NCBI RefSeq assembly: GCF_020055635.1
Contig: NZ_JAIPUT010000007.1
Location: 20,544-84,543 of the forward strand
DNA: 64,000 nucleotides
Direction: 5' to 3'
Source of the DNA: Marivita sp.
GTDB lineage: Bacteria; Pseudomonadota; Alphaproteobacteria; Rhodobacterales; Rhodobacteraceae
Below are positions 61,301 to 64,000 of the stretch, in pieces. The notes beneath the pieces are model-generated. The model was not told the DNA's origin. It searched no databases and saw only the letters and a list, made by a program, of their open reading frames with translations. Positions within the stretch are counted from its first letter, which is position 1, and each line of letters starts with the position of its first letter. The position numbers were made by a program, and so were the translations under genes.

Positions 61301-64000
61301 GCGACACCTATGTCGTGCTGAACGGTATCGGCAACGACACCGTCACCGGTGGCGAGGATGTGGGCGGTACCGATACCGACGTGATCGACCTGTCCGCAAT
61401 GGGCGAAGGCGTCACCGTCACCTATACCGGCGACGAGGCCGGGACGATCACCGACGGCACCAGCACGCTCACCTTCTCGGAGATCGAGCAGATCATCCTG
61501 ACCGACGAGGCCGACGTCGTGGATGCGACGGCCGATCCCAACGGCGTCACCTTCGACGCGGCGGGCGGCAATGACAGCGTCATCGGCAGTGCCGGCAATG
61601 ACAGCATCGACGGCGGCGCGGGCGATGACACCCTGCGCGGTGGCGACGGTAACGACACGCTGACCGGCGGCGACGGAACGAACGACCTGCACGGCGATGC
61701 GGGCAATGACAGCCTCGTCGGCAACAGCAGCGACGGCTTCACCAACATGGAAGGCGGTTCGGGCGCCGATACTCTCGATGGCAGCGCGGGCACGTGGGAT
61801 ATCGCGAGCTACTACACCTCCTCTACCGGGGTCACCGTCGATCTGACCGACGGGCTGGCCGAATTGGGCGGCGACGCGCAGGGCGACGTGCTGATCGGGA
61901 TCGAGCAGATCGACGGATCGAACCTGTTTGACGATGTCCTGATCGGTGATGCAGGCGTGACCGAACTCAAGGGTTTCGGCGGCGACGATACGCTGGTCTT
62001 GAATACTGCGGGCTCGGGCCTTGCTCTTGGCGGCGACGGGGCTGACACGGTCTTCGGCGGCCACGGCGACGATACCCTTTTTGGTGGCGATGGGAATGAC
62101 AGCCTGTTTGCTCGCGATGGGAACGACAGCCTTTATGGCGAAGCCGGCAACGACCGGTTGGAAGCGGGCGGCGGGACCAATCAGCTTGTCGATGGCGGTG
62201 AAGGCGATGACAGCCTGTTCAACGGAGGCGGTGACGGAACCGCAATCGGTGGCGACGGCGACGACTACATCTATGCCGACTCAGGCAATGACCAGCTGTT
62301 CGGCGACAGCGGCGACGATACGTTCGATCTGGACGACACCTGGGGCAGCTTCGGAAATGACACGATCATCGGTGGTGAAACCGGTGAGACGACCGGCGAT
62401 ACGCTGGATCTGAGTGGTGTCTCGCTCGGCACCACCCTCGACCTGACATATGCCGACCCCGAGGCCGGCACGGTCAGCGACGGCATCTCCACAGCGACCT
62501 TCTCGGAGATCGAGACGATCATCCTGAGCGGCGGCCGCGATACGATCTTGCTGGCGGATGGCTCCGGCAGCGATACGGTCAGCGGCTTCAACATGACCGA
62601 CAGCGGCGATGGGACGACGACCGACCAGCTTGACGTGACCAGCGTGACGGATGCCGGCGGCGCAATCGTCAACACCGGCGATGTTGTCGTGACCGACACC
62701 AATGGCGACGGCAGCGGCGATGCGATCCTGACCTTTCCGGGCGGCGAAAGCCTCACTCTGCTCGGTGTCTCTCCAGCCCAGCTGTCCACTCCTGCCCAGC
62801 TTGCCGCCATCGGGATTCCGGAACCCGATTTCATCGTCGAAGGCACCGCGGGCGCAGACCTGATCAACACGGGCTATACCGATGACCCCGAAGGCGACAT
62901 CGTTGACGGTGGGGATGCGGCGGATGGGTCGGACGACGATGTCATCGAGGCGGGCGACGGAAACGACACCGTCTTCGCCGGTCTGGGCGACGACTCGGTC
63001 CTGGGTGGAGAGGGCGATGACAGCCTCTCGGGTCAGGAAGGCAACGACACGATCTTCGGGGGCGGCGGAAACGACTCGATCCGGGGCAATGTCGGCGACG
63101 ACTTCCTTGATGGCGGCGACGGCAACGACACGATTGCCGGAGGCAGCGATGCGGACACGATCGTCGGTGGTCTTGGTGATGACTACCTCATTGGCGGCAT
63201 CGACATTTCGGGGGGCGACGGCAACGACACGATCGATGTCTTCGGCTCGAATGCCGTGGTTACCGGTGACGCTGGCGATGATCTGATCAGGCTGCTCAAC
63301 AACCCCGGGACCACCACCGTGACCGGTGGCGAAGCAGCGGAAGTGAACGGCGATACGCTCGACATGAGCGCCGCAACCAACAGCCTGATCGTCGATCTGA
63401 GCAATCCGGACCCCGAGAGCGGGACCGTGACGGACGGTTCCGACGTTCTGACCTTCTCTGAGATCGAGAACCTGATCCTTGGCGGCGGAGCCGATACCAT
63501 CGTGCTCGCCGACGGCGCTGGAAGCAATACGGTGTCGGGTTTCAACATGACCGACAGCGGCGATGGCACGACCATCGACCAGCTTGACGTGTCGGGCGTG
63601 ACGGATGCGGGCGGTGCCATTGTCAACACCGGCGATGTTGTCGTGACCGACACCAATGGCGACGGCAGCGGCGATGCGATCCTGACCTTTCCGGGCGGTG
63701 AAAGCCTCACTCTGCTCGGCGTCTCTCCAGCCCAGCTGTCCACCCCTGCCCAGCTTGCCGCCATCGGGATTCCGGAACCCGATTTCATCGTCGAGGGCAC
63801 GGCCAGTGCGGACCTGATCGACACCGGTTACACCGGCGATCCAGAAGGCGACCGGGTCGATGCTCTGGACAGTGCTTCGGGCACCAATGATGACATCATA
63901 GATGCCGGGGCGGGCAATGACACGGTTGTCGCGGGTCTGGGGGACGATCTGGTCTATGGCTCGACCGGCAATGACAGCCTGCTTGGCGGCGACGGCAATG
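58399..64000 (+). CDS. Giant secreted RTX-repeat (hemolysin-type Ca-binding) protein, 3'-truncated by the window end (at least 1867 codons)
   Basis: RBS GAGGAA, then ATG at 58399. Frame +1 was read codon by codon to 63999 with no stop. Dozens of GGxGxDxUx nonapeptides (e.g. GGAGNDTIIAGTGNDEVVAGSGDDSV). Not in the ORF track because it has no stop in the window. Confidence 0.85.
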   Translation, partial: MATYTVTTSNWNSTAFWSGIFESASGHTLDFSGLGAGFTLDSNAFTGIITMSDGATTFTVGEAGVTGTDANFGGTTQLDYFTTISGTQGDDTADGTSADDVLDGNAGDDLFWGGDGADTFYGNSGEDWLIGQAGDDLAYGGADNDNLHGDDGDDRLYGETGDDTLDGGAGADSLYGGAGADLIYGGDGDDNLEGGWEDAAADTIEGHAGNDLIFGYGGGDSLLGGTGDDWIDGGNGGDDLQGGADQDRIVGDLGSDTITGNTGYDILTGGEGADSIDGGNDADQIWGNAGDTIVGGEGGDDNDTLYVSNVDFITYTTAESGTVTFNSGDTLSFTEIEQVVELTPDGVVDGTASADEIGQFYVDADGEWIDNGDAIGESDADSVRAGDGNDAIWSGDGDDTVHGEGGDDEIYLGTGNNVGFGGAGADTIDGNWQNDTISGDDFVATGPNLIVNGSFEDTTGMSSVSYGYADWDGNTPSWTDQNGTRIDYHDDGRGGLNATDGANWMDMEASTGQHNVISQTVAGVSDGQVYVLTFDAADSANGSDGTTADAQLQVIWNGDAVGTIDASDGSWTSYEFHLIGGSGDGSNTLSFAGLGGNDAIGVALDNVQMYEAAEAAGGDADLILGFDGADDLMGGAGNDTIIAGTGNDEVVAGSGDDSVAGDSGADTIYGGTGDDTIDAGADDDIVWSGEGADSILGGQGNDTLDGGAGDDTIDGGDNVDQIFGGQGGDSISGGANNDFILGDGQVYTIGDHASGGGTATTLTVTNSADGPIELWWINGAGGLQFYRTIQPGETYSQATFEDHNWVLRDENGFDLELIEGAPNQTVNYGAEGLNDSIDGGDANDIIYGQFGDDTIDGGNGADLIYGGAGNDSILTGNASDTIYGGTGNDTIDVGLGLDLAYGEEGDDLLIDGTGGPEAATLYGGDGNDTIQSGTGGATASAEYYGDAGDDRFEDRGGTNQTFTGGTGSDTYVVLNGIGNDTVTGGEDVGGTDTDVIDLSAMGEGVTVTYTGDEAGTITDGTSTLTFSEIEQIILTDEADVVDATADPNGVTFDAAGGNDSVIGSAGNDSIDGGAGDDTLRGGDGNDTLTGGDGTNDLHGDAGNDSLVGNSSDGFTNMEGGSGADTLDGSAGTWDIASYYTSSTGVTVDLTDGLAELGGDAQGDVLIGIEQIDGSNLFDDVLIGDAGVTELKGFGGDDTLVLNTAGSGLALGGDGADTVFGGHGDDTLFGGDGNDSLFARDGNDSLYGEAGNDRLEAGGGTNQLVDGGEGDDSLFNGGGDGTAIGGDGDDYIYADSGNDQLFGDSGDDTFDLDDTWGSFGNDTIIGGETGETTGDTLDLSGVSLGTTLDLTYADPEAGTVSDGISTATFSEIETIILSGGRDTILLADGSGSDTVSGFNMTDSGDGTTTDQLDVTSVTDAGGAIVNTGDVVVTDTNGDGSGDAILTFPGGESLTLLGVSPAQLSTPAQLAAIGIPEPDFIVEGTAGADLINTGYTDDPEGDIVDGGDAADGSDDDVIEAGDGNDTVFAGLGDDSVLGGEGDDSLSGQEGNDTIFGGGGNDSIRGNVGDDFLDGGDGNDTIAGGSDADTIVGGLGDDYLIGGIDISGGDGNDTIDVFGSNAVVTGDAGDDLIRLLNNPGTTTVTGGEAAEVNGDTLDMSAATNSLIVDLSNPDPESGTVTDGSDVLTFSEIENLILGGGADTIVLADGAGSNTVSGFNMTDSGDGTTIDQLDVSGVTDAGGAIVNTGDVVVTDTNGDGSGDAILTFPGGESLTLLGVSPAQLSTPAQLAAIGIPEPDFIVEGTASADLIDTGYTGDPEGDRVDALDSASGTNDDIIDAGAGNDTVVAGLGDDLVYGSTGNDSLLGGDGN
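62377..64000 (+). repeat. 954-bp (318-aa) in-frame tandem module inside the RTX gene, at least 1.7 copies in the window
   Basis: GGTGAA... at 62374/62377 recurs at 63328/63331, and GGxTTCAACATGACCGACAGCGGCGATGG at 62584 recurs at 63538 (offset 954). About 300 bp (62575-62880 vs 63529-63834) is nearly identical. Confidence 0.85.

Noticed and set aside
59389-62064. 891-aa ORF on the minus strand, the longest complete ORF in the track for this region
   Set aside because: It is the antisense shadow of the RTX gene. Its product is monotonous (AVIAG.., VVAR.., DAV..), which is just GGxGxD codons read backwards. It has no RBS or recognisable domain. The plus-strand frame +1 is open for more than 5.6 kb with canonical RTX motifs.

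Overview
High-GC (about 63% in a hand-counted backbone line) alphaproteobacterial chromosome segment. The gene content looks like a marine Rhodobacteraceae / Roseobacter-group genome. No rRNA, tRNA, CRISPR array, transposase or integrase was seen.

Layout, start to end:
(1) 1-12.6 kb: flagellar export/basal-body cluster: fliQ, an SLT lytic transglycosylase, flhA, fliR, flhB, then a motE-like gene, a small membrane protein, fliM and fliL on the minus strand, then fliF, fliH-like, fliN, fliP, fliG.
(2) 12.6-17.3 kb: a low-GC island. It holds a 576-bp AT-rich leader and three secreted curlin-repeat (CsgA/CsgB-like) genes. No csgEFG/csgD-type gene is adjacent.
(3) 17.4-38.3 kb: housekeeping and accessory genes: hemN, an FAH-family hydrolase, a truncated GntR, a response regulator with an unusual output domain, DUF1045, a split permease, LysR-tctCBA with a leaderless gamma-glutamyltransferase, a CDGSH protein, a P-type ATPase, a large MscS channel, a YbaY-NlpE-META fusion, and small secreted proteins.
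(4) 38.6-51.4 kb: an iron/heme island: a wHTH regulator, a heme-type TonB-dependent receptor, hmuSTUV, an IsdG-like ABM protein, a VOC protein, a translationally coupled sORF-hemP-unknown trio, DUF1289, a paralogous unknown, dps, and a secreted protein followed by exbB-exbD-exbD-tonB. Recognisable IscR/Iron-Rhodo-like and Irr (ICE) operators are present.
(5) 51.4-56.2 kb: a DmdA-like operon (aminomethyltransferase, OsmC, crotonase, acyl-CoA ligase) behind an Lrp regulator.
(6) 56.4-58.1 kb: an orphan Hpt protein, and modA with an N-domain-only modE.
(7) 58.4 kb to the window end: a giant RTX-repeat ORF of at least 1867 codons. It is absent from the supplied ORF track because it has no stop in the window. 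I verified frame +1 codon by codon. It contains a jelly-roll/CBM-like module, a VHL-beta-like module and a 954-bp tandem module.

Many long ORFs in the track are antisense or alternative-frame shadows typical of high-GC DNA and were rejected.

Most interesting: the orphan curlin locus, the uncharacterised paralog pair with the hemP micro-operon inside the iron island, the DmdA-like operon lacking an acyl-CoA dehydrogenase, and the giant RTX protein with its VHL-like insert.

All family assignments rest on motif recognition from memory. No database search was run.
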